From Gammaproteobacteria bacterium (lineage in GTDB: Bacteria; Pseudomonadota; Gammaproteobacteria; Magnimaribacterales; D2472): a DNA stretch of 64,000 bases. The stretch spans positions 133,199-197,198 of the forward strand of contig JAYQIX010000001.1 in NCBI GenBank assembly GCA_038141865.1, in the 5' to 3' direction. The notes under the pieces are model-generated. The model had not been told where the DNA came from and ran no database searches. It saw nothing but the letters and a program-made list of their open reading frames with translations. The position numbers and the translations under genes were made by a program. This document shows positions 36,553 through 46,591 of this stretch, piece after piece. Each line of letters begins with the position of its first letter. The first letter of the stretch is position 1.

Positions 36553-38369
36553 GATTTACTCCATCCACATGTTCTGTTTTCATTTTGTATATCCAGCCAC
36601 TCTTTAAGAGGTTTATAATAATTCATTATAGATTTTCCACTTAACTTTTCTGTTCCTGTAATCTCCTTAAAAGCATCTTGCCATGGAACACTTCTACCAA
36701 GAGCCATTGTAGAAATTATTTTATTTCCGGCATCTTTGTTTCCATAAATTGAGCATTCGAGAAGAGGGCCATCAAATCCTGCTGCTAGGCAAAGAGATTC
36801 ATGAAACTGATACTGCATAATTCTTGCTAAATAATATCTAGTATATGGAGTATTTGCAGGAATGTGGTACTTCGCGCCTGGATCAAAGCTGTCATCAGAT
36901 CTGTCTGAAGGTGGAGCTATGCCTTGGTATTTATTTCTCAAGTCCCACCAAGAGTCATTGAGCTCATCATATGAAATTTCGCCTTTAAAGATTCCTGCTC
37001 TCCACTTATCGAGCATAAGTGCCCATGGAACAACCACAACTCCTTCTAGAGCCTGTTTCATTAAGAGACCAACCTCATCTTCTTTAGCTTCTATAGCTTG
37101 ATCTTGATCAATGAATCCAATTTGCTGAAGATAATCAGGGGTTATGGATAATGTTAATAAATCTCCAAATGCTTCATGGAAGCCATCATTAGCCCCAGCT
37201 CTAAAAAGAGAGGGCAAATGATTGTAAGCTTGATAATAAAAAATATGGCCAAGCTCATGATGAATTGTTGAAAAATCTTCCTCATTGCGCTCTATACACA
37301 TTTTTATTCTAAGATCGTTGTTTGCAGGATCTAAGTTCCAAGCTGAAGCATGGCAAACAACTGATCGGTCTTTGGGTTTAACAAACAAAGATCTTTCCCA
37401 GAAAGTTTCAGGCAAGGGCTCAAAACCAATTGAAAGAAAAAAATCCTCAGCTATCTCAACCATTTCAATTTCACTTAAATTTTTATCTAAGATAATCTTG
37501 GTAACATCTAACTTATTTTTTTGAGCTTTGTTTTTATAAATAATGTCATAGATATTAGACCATGATTGGCCCCACATATTTCCAAGGACATGAACAGGTA
37601 ATGGACCATCTTTGCTAACCACTTCATCTCCATATTCCTCATTAAGCATTTCTCTTGCATGACAATGTAATGCATCATAAAGTGGCTTAACTTCATTCCA
37701 AACTTCATCAATAGATTGTAAAAATTCTTCTGATGGCATGTCGTATTTACTGAACCATAGATCTGAAAGATCGTCATAGCCTAGCTCTTGCGCCCCCTGG
37801 TTGCCAATTTCAACCATTCTCATATAAGGACCCTTCATAGGCTTGCCTATTTCATGCCAACCTTCCCAAGCTTTCTTTAATTCTTTTGGATCTCTAGAAT
37901 TATCAATAATAGCCTCAAATCCCTCTAGATCATTGCAATCATTTTCTGAGAAACAATGGACGCCACTTCCATACATTGCGCTAAGTTTTGTTTCAATTTT
38001 TGATAGTTCGGTGGCAAGAGCATCATCTAATGGAGGTGGCATTACAAATGCAGATTTAAGGATATTTAGTTTTCTTTTCTCTGAGTCTGAGGCTGAAGAG
38101 GTGCTATAAGAGCTTGCATCCTTTGATCTTTGAAGATCAACAAGAGTGCTGCGCTTAGAATAATCTGCTAACACCAATTGTGAATCATGAGTTATAAAAT
38201 TTGAGCTTATCCATGATGCTGAATAAATAATAGGATTAATTAACTCATCTTCGGTTTCGATTCTTTCAATAAAGTCTTGAAGGCTTTCATCTTTGACTTC
38301 ATGTTCGCTAGAATTGCTACAAGAAGTTACAATTACAATTGTAAAAATAAATATGATTAACTTTTTCAT
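36549..38369 (-). CDS. Peptidase M2 (peptidyl-dipeptidase A, angiotensin-converting-enzyme-like) lipoprotein
   Basis: HHELGH zinc motif followed by HEAFGD (third ligand Glu), as in M2. Start trimmed to the lipobox signal MKKLIIFIFTIVIVTSC because the track start at 38423 overlaps the efp start. Confidence 0.8.
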   Translation of the reverse strand: MKKLIIFIFTIVIVTSCSNSSEHEVKDESLQDFIERIETEDELINPIIYSASWISSNFITHDSQLVLADYSKRSTLVDLQRSKDASSYSTSSASDSEKRKLNILKSAFVMPPPLDDALATELSKIETKLSAMYGSGVHCFSENDCNDLEGFEAIIDNSRDPKELKKAWEGWHEIGKPMKGPYMRMVEIGNQGAQELGYDDLSDLWFSKYDMPSEEFLQSIDEVWNEVKPLYDALHCHAREMLNEEYGDEVVSKDGPLPVHVLGNMWGQSWSNIYDIIYKNKAQKNKLDVTKIILDKNLSEIEMVEIAEDFFLSIGFEPLPETFWERSLFVKPKDRSVVCHASAWNLDPANNDLRIKMCIERNEEDFSTIHHELGHIFYYQAYNHLPSLFRAGANDGFHEAFGDLLTLSITPDYLQQIGFIDQDQAIEAKEDEVGLLMKQALEGVVVVPWALMLDKWRAGIFKGEISYDELNDSWWDLRNKYQGIAPPSDRSDDSFDPGAKYHIPANTPYTRYYLARIMQYQFHESLCLAAGFDGPLLECSIYGNKDAGNKIISTMALGRSVPWQDAFKEITGTEKLSGKSIMNYYKPLKEWLDIQNENRTCGWSKS

Positions 38370-38402
38370 TTTAATGACCTCTCCAATTAAAATAACATAA
38401 CT

Positions 38403-38963
38403 ATGAAAATATCTACAAGCCAATTTAAAAATGGTACTAAGCTCCTGCTTGATGGTGCTCCCTGCTCAATAGTGAGTCATGAATTTCATAAGCCGGGCAA
38501 GGGACAGGCAGTTATGCGTGTCAAATATAAGAATCTTTTAACAGGCAATACAAACGACAAGACATTTAAATCTGGAGAATCTGTTGAGACCGCAGATATA
38601 AATCACAAAGAGATGGAGTTTTTGTACTCAGATGGGAATAATTGGCATTTCATGGACTCTCTAACATATGAGCAAATAGAAGTTGGTCCTGAAGTTATGC
38701 AGGATGCTAAAAAATGGCTTATAGGCCAAGAAATATGTGAAATCGTGACTTGGGATGATTCCCCTATTCTTGTTGAGCCTCCAGTTTTTGTTGAATTAAC
38801 AATAGTGAAGTCTGAACCTGGTGTAAAAGGCGATACTGTATCTGGAGCAACTAAATCAGCTGAGCTTGAAACAGGAGTATCTGTTCAAGTGCCCTTATTT
38901 GTTAATGAGGGAGAAAAAATTAAAGTTGATACAAGAACAGAATCCTATGTAAGTAGAGCTTAA
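38403..38963 (+). CDS. efp: Translation elongation factor P
   Basis: 186-aa ORF with F.KPGKGQA..R.K.KNL.TG (modifiable Lys loop) and a C-terminal OB domain. Confidence 0.95.
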   Translation: MKISTSQFKNGTKLLLDGAPCSIVSHEFHKPGKGQAVMRVKYKNLLTGNTNDKTFKSGESVETADINHKEMEFLYSDGNNWHFMDSLTYEQIEVGPEVMQDAKKWLIGQEICEIVTWDDSPILVEPPVFVELTIVKSEPGVKGDTVSGATKSAELETGVSVQVPLFVNEGEKIKVDTRTESYVSRA

Positions 38964-38967
38964 TTCT

Positions 38968-40704
38968 ATGATTGATATTATTAATGATGTAATAGATGGC
39001 TTTCTGATTAAGGCTTTTGATAAAGACACTGAAGGTTATGCAATAGTGAAAGGTAAATATACTACTTCGATAACAGATAATCTTAAAAAGGGCCACATCA
39101 CATCAAATGTTTGTATGATTGCTGCTGGGGCATTAAAAGTAAATCCAAAGGAATTATCAAAAAACTTAACTACTCAACTCAGCAAACTTGAAGAGATTGA
39201 AATAGCTGAGACAGCTGGTCCAGGATTTATAAATATAAAATTGACAAGAAATGCTTTTGTCAAATCTATTAAGGATGCAAATGAAACAGACAAGCATTAT
39301 GGAAGAAGCACATCAAAAAATAAAAAGAAGATACAAATTGAATTTGTTTCTGCAAATCCTACTGGCCCACTCCATGTAGGTCATGGTAGAGGTGCTGCAT
39401 ATGGTGATGCCATTGGAAGAATACTTGAAGCCTGCGGTCATGATGTCGAAAAAGAATACTATGTAAATGATGCTGGCAGACAAATAGATATTCTTACTAG
39501 CAGTGTTTGTTTGAGATTAATGGGCGTCGAAAGCTCTAAGATGCCTGAGAGCTCATATAAGGGTCAATATATTTTAGATATTGCAGATAAATTTATAGAT
39601 ACTCACGGCAAGCCATCTAAAAAAGTTGAAAATATTTTAACCAACCTTCCAGAAGACCCTGAAAAAGAAATAGATGAAATTACAAATAGGATTAAAGAAG
39701 ACAAATTGTTATGGGAGAATGCAAAAAAGATATCTCTTGATGAGGTGCTCTGTTCAATAAAAGAAGATTTGAAAAATTTTAGTGTAATTCACGATAATTG
39801 GTATTATGAATCTTCTCTAGGCAGTCTCAGTGAAAGTTCATCTCCAATAAGTAATGCTATGAAATTTCTTCAAGATAGCGGCCAAGCTTATAAAGAAAAT
39901 GGAGCCCTTTGGCTAGATACATCTTCCGCCAAGGATGATAAAAATAGAGTTCTTGTAAGAGAAGATGGAAGGCCTACATATTTTGCATCAGATGTTGCTT
40001 ACCACAAAGATAAAATTGACAGAGGATTCGATACTTTAATAAATGTTTGGGGCGCTGATCACCATGGATATATTAAAAGAATAGAATCTTCAATAGAGGG
40101 CCTTGGTTTTGACAAAAACAAATTGAATGTTCAGCTGGTTCAGTTTGCAAACCTCTTTAAGGATGGGAAAAAAGTAAAAATGTCTACGCGAAGTGGAGAA
40201 TTCTATACTCTCTCTGACCTTGTTGATGAAATTGGAAGAGATGCGGCAAGATTTTACTATTTATCAAAGCAGGCAGATCAACATCTAGATTTTGATATTA
40301 ATCTTGCTAAAGCAGACAACAAGGAAAATATCTTTTATTACATTCAATATGCTCATGCTCGCATATGCTCTTTACAAGAAAAATTTTTAGAAAATAATAA
40401 GAAGCTTCCGATGTCTGCTAATGAAATTGAAAATAATAATTATAAAAATTGTGACGAGTTAATTCATGAAATTAGTAAATTTCCAGATATTGTAAAAAGG
40501 TCTGGGGCGAACCTTCACCCTCATTTAGTTGTATATTATCTAAAAGATTTTTCTCAATGTTTCCACAGTTTTTATAATGACAACCACGTGCTTTCTGAGT
40601 CTTCAGAAAATATGGATTCTATTCTTTTTTGTTTGAATGCTGCAAAGCAAGTTATTGCAAATGGGCTTAACCTTTTAGGCATTGAGCCAATTGAAAAAAT
40701 GTAA
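38968..40704 (+). CDS. argS: Arginyl-tRNA synthetase
   Basis: 578-aa ORF with class I motifs (SANPTGPLHVGHGR; MSTRSG as the KMSKS variant) and the C-terminal DALR anticodon-binding domain. Confidence 0.95.
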   Translation: MIDIINDVIDGFLIKAFDKDTEGYAIVKGKYTTSITDNLKKGHITSNVCMIAAGALKVNPKELSKNLTTQLSKLEEIEIAETAGPGFINIKLTRNAFVKSIKDANETDKHYGRSTSKNKKKIQIEFVSANPTGPLHVGHGRGAAYGDAIGRILEACGHDVEKEYYVNDAGRQIDILTSSVCLRLMGVESSKMPESSYKGQYILDIADKFIDTHGKPSKKVENILTNLPEDPEKEIDEITNRIKEDKLLWENAKKISLDEVLCSIKEDLKNFSVIHDNWYYESSLGSLSESSSPISNAMKFLQDSGQAYKENGALWLDTSSAKDDKNRVLVREDGRPTYFASDVAYHKDKIDRGFDTLINVWGADHHGYIKRIESSIEGLGFDKNKLNVQLVQFANLFKDGKKVKMSTRSGEFYTLSDLVDEIGRDAARFYYLSKQADQHLDFDINLAKADNKENIFYYIQYAHARICSLQEKFLENNKKLPMSANEIENNNYKNCDELIHEISKFPDIVKRSGANLHPHLVVYYLKDFSQCFHSFYNDNHVLSESSENMDSILFCLNAAKQVIANGLNLLGIEPIEKM

Positions 40705-40710
40705 ATTAAT

Positions 40711-41244
40711 ATGAAGGACTTTGCAAAAAGAAGATCTCAGGCAACGATAAAAAAATCAAAAAGCAGGCCAACATATACAGCCCGATATTCTCAAGAAAAA
40801 GTAATTCCTAATAGCCAATTATTTTTTTTAATATTTTTAGCTGGGCTATGCGCTCTTACTTCTCTATATTATTTTAAAACTGACATAAAAATATTTGAGC
40901 CAAGAGAAATAAACAATGAAATTGAATTTAACTTCCCTACAAAATTTAAAGAAAATGAAATATTAATTGAAATTGACGAAGTAATTAATGAGATAGCATG
41001 TATTTATTTTCTTCAAGTTGAAACGTATGGGAAGAAAGAATATGCATCTGAAACACTTGAAGATGTTTCAGATGATGGTGATGCTGTGATTGATGAAGTA
41101 AATAGCGTGGCCAGGCCTGGAAAAATCTTTTATAGAGTCTTGATGGGACCATATGGAAATAGATCAGAAGTAAACAATGCTAGAGAAAGGTTAATCAAAA
41201 GAGGTTATTCGCCTCTAGTAAGGCAATCATGCTCGAAGAAATAA
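40711..41244 (+). CDS. SPOR-domain membrane protein
   Basis: 177-aa ORF with one TM helix and a C-terminal SPOR-like segment (FLQVETYG..., YRVLMGPYGNRSEVNNARERL). Confidence 0.6.
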   Translation: MKDFAKRRSQATIKKSKSRPTYTARYSQEKVIPNSQLFFLIFLAGLCALTSLYYFKTDIKIFEPREINNEIEFNFPTKFKENEILIEIDEVINEIACIYFLQVETYGKKEYASETLEDVSDDGDAVIDEVNSVARPGKIFYRVLMGPYGNRSEVNNARERLIKRGYSPLVRQSCSKK

Positions 41245-41906
41245 AGAAAAATAACAATAAATTAAATTCAGGCATTAGATCAGAAAATCTCTTTGATCAC
41301 GGCACATTGATTGCGGTCTCTAAGAAAAAGGAATATGAGCTAATAAAAGAGGCTTATCAGAATGGAATTAAGGATTTTGGTGAAAATTATGCTCAAGAGT
41401 TGAATGAAAAAGCCACTAGAGCCAATGAAGATGGGATTAATATTCGCTGGCATTTCATTGGGCCAATTCAATCTAATAAAATTGCACTTATAGCAAAAAA
41501 TGCTCAATGGGTTCATTCAATATCAAGACTCAAAGAGATTGAAAGACTAAATGATGAATGCGGATTTATTGGCAAAAAAATGAATGTTTTGCTTCAAGTG
41601 AATATATCAGAAGAAGATTCGAAGAGTGGAATTCATAAAGATAATATTTATGAATTCTCTTCTTGCATCTCATCTAAAAAGAATCTTTCTTTTAAAGGGA
41701 TTATGGTGATGCCTAAACTTTATGATGATGATAGAAAAACCTATCAAGTTATGCGTGAGTGCAAAAAAATACAAGATAGCGTCCAAAGAAAATATCCAGC
41801 AGCTTCAGAGCTTTCAATGGGAACCACTTCAGATTACAAGATAGCTATTGCTTGTGGTTCAACGATGATTAGAATAGGTGAATTAATTTTTGGTAAAAGA
41901 TCATGA
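41229..41906 (+). CDS. yggS: PLP homeostasis protein YggS (alanine-racemase-fold)
   Basis: 225-aa ORF with VSKKK (PLP Lys), FGENY.QE, WHFIGP.QSNK, MG.T.DY and R.G..IFG. Confidence 0.85.
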   Translation: MLEEIKKNNNKLNSGIRSENLFDHGTLIAVSKKKEYELIKEAYQNGIKDFGENYAQELNEKATRANEDGINIRWHFIGPIQSNKIALIAKNAQWVHSISRLKEIERLNDECGFIGKKMNVLLQVNISEEDSKSGIHKDNIYEFSSCISSKKNLSFKGIMVMPKLYDDDRKTYQVMRECKKIQDSVQRKYPAASELSMGTTSDYKIAIACGSTMIRIGELIFGKRS

Positions 41907-42691
41907 ACAGAATCTTATTTTATGGCGGAGGTAATATTGCTCAAGCAATAATATCTGGTCTATTGAGTTCCGGTCTAAATAAAAACTCCATTTTTTATAT
42001 AGATAGAAATAAGGCAAACCAGTTAAAGCTCAAGAAGTTAGGTATAAAAAAATATGTCGCATCTGATGATGCAATTGATTTAGTTATTTTATGCGTAAAG
42101 CCAAAAGATGCCTTGGATGCATATAAAGCAATTGCACAAAATATCTCTAAACCAAAAGTTATTAGCCTTGTTGCCGGGATTGGGTCAAGGAAATATTTAT
42201 CAATATCTAAAGATGTAAAACTTATTAGAGGGATGCCAAATACCTCTTCTCAGCATGGCATGGGTATAACTGCTTTATTAAATGTAAATGCCTCAAAGAC
42301 ACTATATAAAAACACAAAGAAACTCTTTGACAAAATAGGGATTACTTTAGATGTATCAAATGAGAAAACCATCAATGACTTTACTGGACTCATAGGAAGC
42401 GGGCCTGCTTACTTTTATCATCTACTGAAGTCTTATGAAAAGGCCTTAATCAAGATGGTTGATGGAGACTCTAAGAAAACAAAGATAATTATGGCTAATT
42501 TGATGAGTGGAATTGGGGAATCAATAAAAGGAGATAAATCAATAGATGAGCTAATAAAATCTGTAGCATCAAAAAGAGGAACAACAGAGGCTGGCTTGAA
42601 AGTAATGAAAGCAGAGAAAATGACTGAATCATTCAACAAATCTATCAAAGCAGCAATGAATAGAGCGAAAGAAATATCTAATGAATCCTAG
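41903..42691 (+). CDS. proC: Pyrroline-5-carboxylate reductase
   Basis: 262-aa ORF with GGGN.AQA, R.MPNT, GSGPAY and S..GTTEAGL. Confidence 0.9.
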   Translation: MNRILFYGGGNIAQAIISGLLSSGLNKNSIFYIDRNKANQLKLKKLGIKKYVASDDAIDLVILCVKPKDALDAYKAIAQNISKPKVISLVAGIGSRKYLSISKDVKLIRGMPNTSSQHGMGITALLNVNASKTLYKNTKKLFDKIGITLDVSNEKTINDFTGLIGSGPAYFYHLLKSYEKALIKMVDGDSKKTKIIMANLMSGIGESIKGDKSIDELIKSVASKRGTTEAGLKVMKAEKMTESFNKSIKAAMNRAKEISNES

Positions 42692-43208
42692 TGCTTTACA
42701 AATAATAGTTATATTAAGCGGCCTGCTGAGCTATGTAGTAAATTTATATTTTATATTTAATTTGCTGCGTGTTGATTACTTCAATCCTGTTGTAAAAATA
42801 TTTGTAAAATTATTTGCGCCTATCTCAAAAGTATTTTTCTTCATTCCTAATCAAGTTATTCTTGCCTTTTTAGTTGCAGTATTTTTTAAATTTTTAGGTT
42901 TTTACATCGCTTATGGAAATGACTATGCATTTGGTAATTTGATTTCAATTGCTTTTTTAGCAACTGTCAATATAACTCTTCAGATAATTCTCTATTCAAT
43001 TATAGGAGCAGTAATTATAAGCTGGGTTGCTCAAGGCAATGAGCATCCAATGCTTAAATTAATAGAAGAAATATCTCATAAAACACTATATCCAATTAAG
43101 AATGTTATACCTGCAATGGGTGGCTTGGACATATCTCCTTTGTTTGGCTTAATACTAATTCAATATTTACAAGCTTTTATTGGGGGATTAATACAATCTT
43201 TAGCATGA
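42681..43208 (+). CDS. yggT: YggT family membrane protein
   Basis: 175-aa four-TM ORF in the conserved position after proC, with the motif GG.D.SP. Confidence 0.7.
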   Translation: MNPSALQIIVILSGLLSYVVNLYFIFNLLRVDYFNPVVKIFVKLFAPISKVFFFIPNQVILAFLVAVFFKFLGFYIAYGNDYAFGNLISIAFLATVNITLQIILYSIIGAVIISWVAQGNEHPMLKLIEEISHKTLYPIKNVIPAMGGLDISPLFGLILIQYLQAFIGGLIQSLA

Positions 43209-44299
43209 AGATAGCAACGCAAAAAATAGAATTTAAAAATAGACTAGATCTAGAATGCGGACAATCTCTTCCTGGTTTTGAGCTTATGGTTGAAACTTAT
43301 GGAGAGCTTAATGAGGCAAAGACAAATGCTATTTTGGTATGTCATGCATTCTCTGGCAATCACCATGCTGCCGGTGAAGCAACTGAAGATAAAGCAGCGG
43401 GTTGGTGGGACCAATTAATAGGACCAGACAAGGCTATTGATACGAATAAATATTTCGTTGTGAGTTCAAATAATATTGGTGGTTGCAGTGGGTCATCAGG
43501 ACCAAGCGTCAGTTAATCCATCAAGTGGTGAAATTTATGGTGCAGACTTTCCAGTTGTTTCGGTAACTGATTGGGTAAACTCACAGAAAATGTTGATGGA
43601 CTACTTTGAGATAGATTGTTGGGAGTTGGTTGTTGGAGGAAGTTTGGGGGGGATGCAGGCTTTGCAATGGGCTATTTCATATCCTGATAATGTTAGAAAA
43701 GCAGGTATTTTTGCCGCAGCGGCTCAAGCAAGTACACAAAATATTGCAATGAATGAGGTAGCAAGGGAGTCTATAAGGAAGGATGAAAATTTCCATGATG
43801 GATTCTATTTAAAAATGGAACGAAGCCCAAAAAGGGTCTGAAAACTGCAAGAATGTTGGGGCATATAACTTATTTATCTGAAGAGCATATGGATCTTAGA
43901 TTTGGGAGAAAATTTCAAGATATAGATACTAGAGTTGCTAATGATGTTGATTTTCAAATTGAAAATTATCTTCAGTACAAAGGAGAAAAATTTTCTGATG
44001 CCTTTGATGCTAATACATATATTTTAATGACAAAGGCAATGGACAACTATGATCCTGCTCATATAGCAGAGGGTAAGTTAGAGAACGCATTAAAAAGGGT
44101 TAAATCTAAATTACTCATTGTTGGCTTTAATACAGACTGGCTTTTCCCACCAAAGAAAGGCAAAGATATCCAGCTTGCAGCTATGAGATGCGGCATTGAA
44201 TCATCTTTTGTTGTTCTCGATGGAGAAAATGGGCATGACAGTTTTTTATTTTTTACTGATAGGTATTTTAATTTGATACGTTCTTTTTTGGAGTCTTGA
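43205..44299 (+). pseudogene. metX: Homoserine O-acyltransferase MetX, broken into three ORFs by a +1 insertion and a -1 deletion
   Basis: The three ORFs (43205..43516, 43476..43841, 43853..44299) together give a collinear MetX: VCHA.SG..H, NNIGGCSGSSGP | SVNP..G..YG..FP, GGSLGGMQALQW | ARMLGHITYLS, GHDSFL. The shifts lie at CCAAG (about 43504) and the A5 run at 43811-43815. The total of 1,095 nt is divisible by 3. Confidence 0.8.
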
Positions 44300-44300
44300 G

Positions 44301-44888
44301 ATGCCTATAACTGAAATAATTAAAAACTGGGTGCCAAATAAATCTAGAGTTATTGATTTGGGCTGTGGAGATGGCGCCTTGCTTTGTGATCTCAAAAATA
44401 CAAAAAATATTATTGGTTATGGTGTTGAAATAGACCCTGACCAAATTGAACTTTGTATTGAAAACGGAGTATCGGTAATTGAACAAGACATTGATCAAGG
44501 AATAAATGATTTTAAATCATTTAATTTTGACGTAGCCATAATGGCAAGTTCTATTCAATGCTTAAAAAAGCCTGATAAAGCATTAAGCAGGATGTTAAAT
44601 ATTTCTGATCAATGCATAGTAACACTGCCAAATTTTGGCCATTGGAAATGCAGGTTAGATGTTTTCTTTGGAAGAATGCCAGTAACTCAAAGCTTGCCTA
44701 TGTCTTGGTATGAAACAGATAACTCCCATCTATGTACGATAAAAGATTTTGAAACTCTTTGCTCGGATAGGGGTTTTGTTTTGAAGAAGAAGAAATATCT
44801 TAATAAAAATTATAAAGAATCATGGCTCTCCTCCTTGAAGCCAAACTTATTTGCATCTGAGGGGGTTTATTTAATTGCAAAAGATTGA
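44301..44888 (+). CDS. metW: Methionine biosynthesis protein MetW
   Basis: 195-aa SAM-methyltransferase-fold ORF (VIDLGCGDG) immediately after metX. The NFGHW...L..G.MP motif is typical of MetW. Confidence 0.85.
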   Translation: MPITEIIKNWVPNKSRVIDLGCGDGALLCDLKNTKNIIGYGVEIDPDQIELCIENGVSVIEQDIDQGINDFKSFNFDVAIMASSIQCLKKPDKALSRMLNISDQCIVTLPNFGHWKCRLDVFFGRMPVTQSLPMSWYETDNSHLCTIKDFETLCSDRGFVLKKKKYLNKNYKESWLSSLKPNLFASEGVYLIAKD

Positions 44889-45477
44889 TAAAGCTTTAAT
44901 AGCGACTTCAAATACAGGAAAAATTAAAGAATTCCAGAAAATTTTTTCTGAGTTGGATTTAGTTTCACTTGCTGACTTAAATATAGTTGATGCCATTGAA
45001 GATGGCCTTAGTTTTGTTGAAAATGCAATTATAAAAGCGAGACATGGTGCAAAGCATTCTGGACTTTATTCCATAGCCGATGATTCAGGCCTTGTCGTTC
45101 CAGAGCTTGGTTTTGAGCCAGGAATATACTCAGCAAGATATGCTGGTGAAAATTCTACCGATGCCCTTAACAGAGATAAGTTACGCTCTTGTATAAAAGA
45201 TTTAGGCAAAGAAAGTCTAGAAGCCTACTTCGTTTGTGTAATAGTAGGAATTCAAGATGAAAGCGATCCATTGCCAATAATCTCATCTGGAACAGTTCAT
45301 GGGAAAGTATCAATACATGAAAGTGGTGAAGGTGGTTTTGGATATGACAAGCTTTTTTATCCTGATGGTTTTGATTTGTCTATGGCTTCCATTGATGCAG
45401 AAACTAAAAATAAAATCAGCCACAGAGGCAAAGCATCTAAAAATTTTATAGAGAAATTCAAAAAAATTGGATCTTAA
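44875..45477 (+). CDS. rdgB: dITP/XTP pyrophosphatase (Ham1/RdgB)
   Basis: 200-aa ORF with ATSN.GK..EF, DDSGL.V..L...PG.YSARY, GFGYD..F and SHRG.A. Confidence 0.9.
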   Translation: MQKIDKALIATSNTGKIKEFQKIFSELDLVSLADLNIVDAIEDGLSFVENAIIKARHGAKHSGLYSIADDSGLVVPELGFEPGIYSARYAGENSTDALNRDKLRSCIKDLGKESLEAYFVCVIVGIQDESDPLPIISSGTVHGKVSIHESGEGGFGYDKLFYPDGFDLSMASIDAETKNKISHRGKASKNFIEKFKKIGS

Positions 45478-46591
45478 ACAAATACCTTTAAGTCTTTACA
45501 TTCATCTTCCATGGTGTGAAAAGAAATGTCCTTATTGCGACTTTAATGTCACAACAAACAAAATAGATGAAGATGAAGACAGATTAATACAAGCAATTAT
45601 TCAAGATATTGATAAATCAAATGAAATAATAAATGAGAGAAAGTTTCTATCGATTTATTTTGGCGGCGGCACCCCTTCTCTAGTTAGATGCGATCAAATA
45701 GATAAAATAATAAAATACCTTAAAGAAAATGATCTCGTTGAGGCTAATGCAGAGATAAGTTTCGAGCTAAATCCAAATGAGGTTAAGCGAGACTATATAA
45801 AATCGATTTCAGAGGTAGGTATTAATAGACTCTCGATAGGCATTCAAAGCTTTAATAATGAGACCTTGGCATCTCTTGAAAGAAACCATAGGGAATATGA
45901 GTCTTTAAAGGCTCTAGAAGTTATTTCTGAATTTAAGGAAGTAACGTCCAGTATAGATCTTATCTATGGCGTGATGAATCAGGATGTTGGTTCGCTTCAA
46001 AAAGATTTAGATATATTTATTAGCCATGATTTAGATCATCTTTCTTTGTATCAGCTCACAATAGAACCAAATACAATTTTTTATAAAAAAGAACTAAAAA
46101 TCCCAGATGAAAATGTTATTGAAGAAATGGAATTCATTGCAGAAAAAAATTTAAACTTGAATGGATTTAATCAATATGAAATTTCTTCTTGGTGCAAAGA
46201 TGGCTGCGAAGGGTTGCACAACATGAACTACTGGAAGTATGGAGATTATTATGGAGTTGGGCCAGGCGCTCATTCCAAAATTACAAAAGAGGATGGAGTT
46301 TACCGTGGCATTAAACTAAAAAAACTAAACTCTTATATTGATGATCCTTCAAAAGGTACTTTTCGTCGCATACCTATAGAAGAGATTGGTGTTGATATTG
46401 CTATGAACTTCCTAAGAATTAAAAAAGGCGTCAGCATGGATGAGGTCAAAAAATATGATCGCTTACTATCAGAGAACTTTTTTTATAATCTTCAAAAAGG
46501 AATTGAAAAAGGTCTAATTGATGGATCTAGATTTATGGCAACAGAAAAAGGATATAAATTTCTTAACGATACTGTAAATATATTTAACTAA
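45467..46591 (+). CDS. hemW: Radical SAM heme chaperone HemW (HemN-like)
   Basis: 374-aa ORF with LYIHLPWCEKKCPYCDFN (CxxxCxxC), GGGTPS, RLSIGIQSF and a HemN_C domain. Confidence 0.85.
   Translation: MDLKQIPLSLYIHLPWCEKKCPYCDFNVTTNKIDEDEDRLIQAIIQDIDKSNEIINERKFLSIYFGGGTPSLVRCDQIDKIIKYLKENDLVEANAEISFELNPNEVKRDYIKSISEVGINRLSIGIQSFNNETLASLERNHREYESLKALEVISEFKEVTSSIDLIYGVMNQDVGSLQKDLDIFISHDLDHLSLYQLTIEPNTIFYKKELKIPDENVIEEMEFIAEKNLNLNGFNQYEISSWCKDGCEGLHNMNYWKYGDYYGVGPGAHSKITKEDGVYRGIKLKKLNSYIDDPSKGTFRRIPIEEIGVDIAMNFLRIKKGVSMDEVKKYDRLLSENFFYNLQKGIEKGLIDGSRFMATEKGYKFLNDTVNIFN

Noticed and set aside
43476-43853. Programmed ribosomal frameshifting as an explanation for the split metX (and the other split genes)
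   Set aside because: I saw no slippery heptamer plus downstream structure at the sites, and two opposite shifts would be needed in one gene. Indels at short base runs are the simpler explanation.
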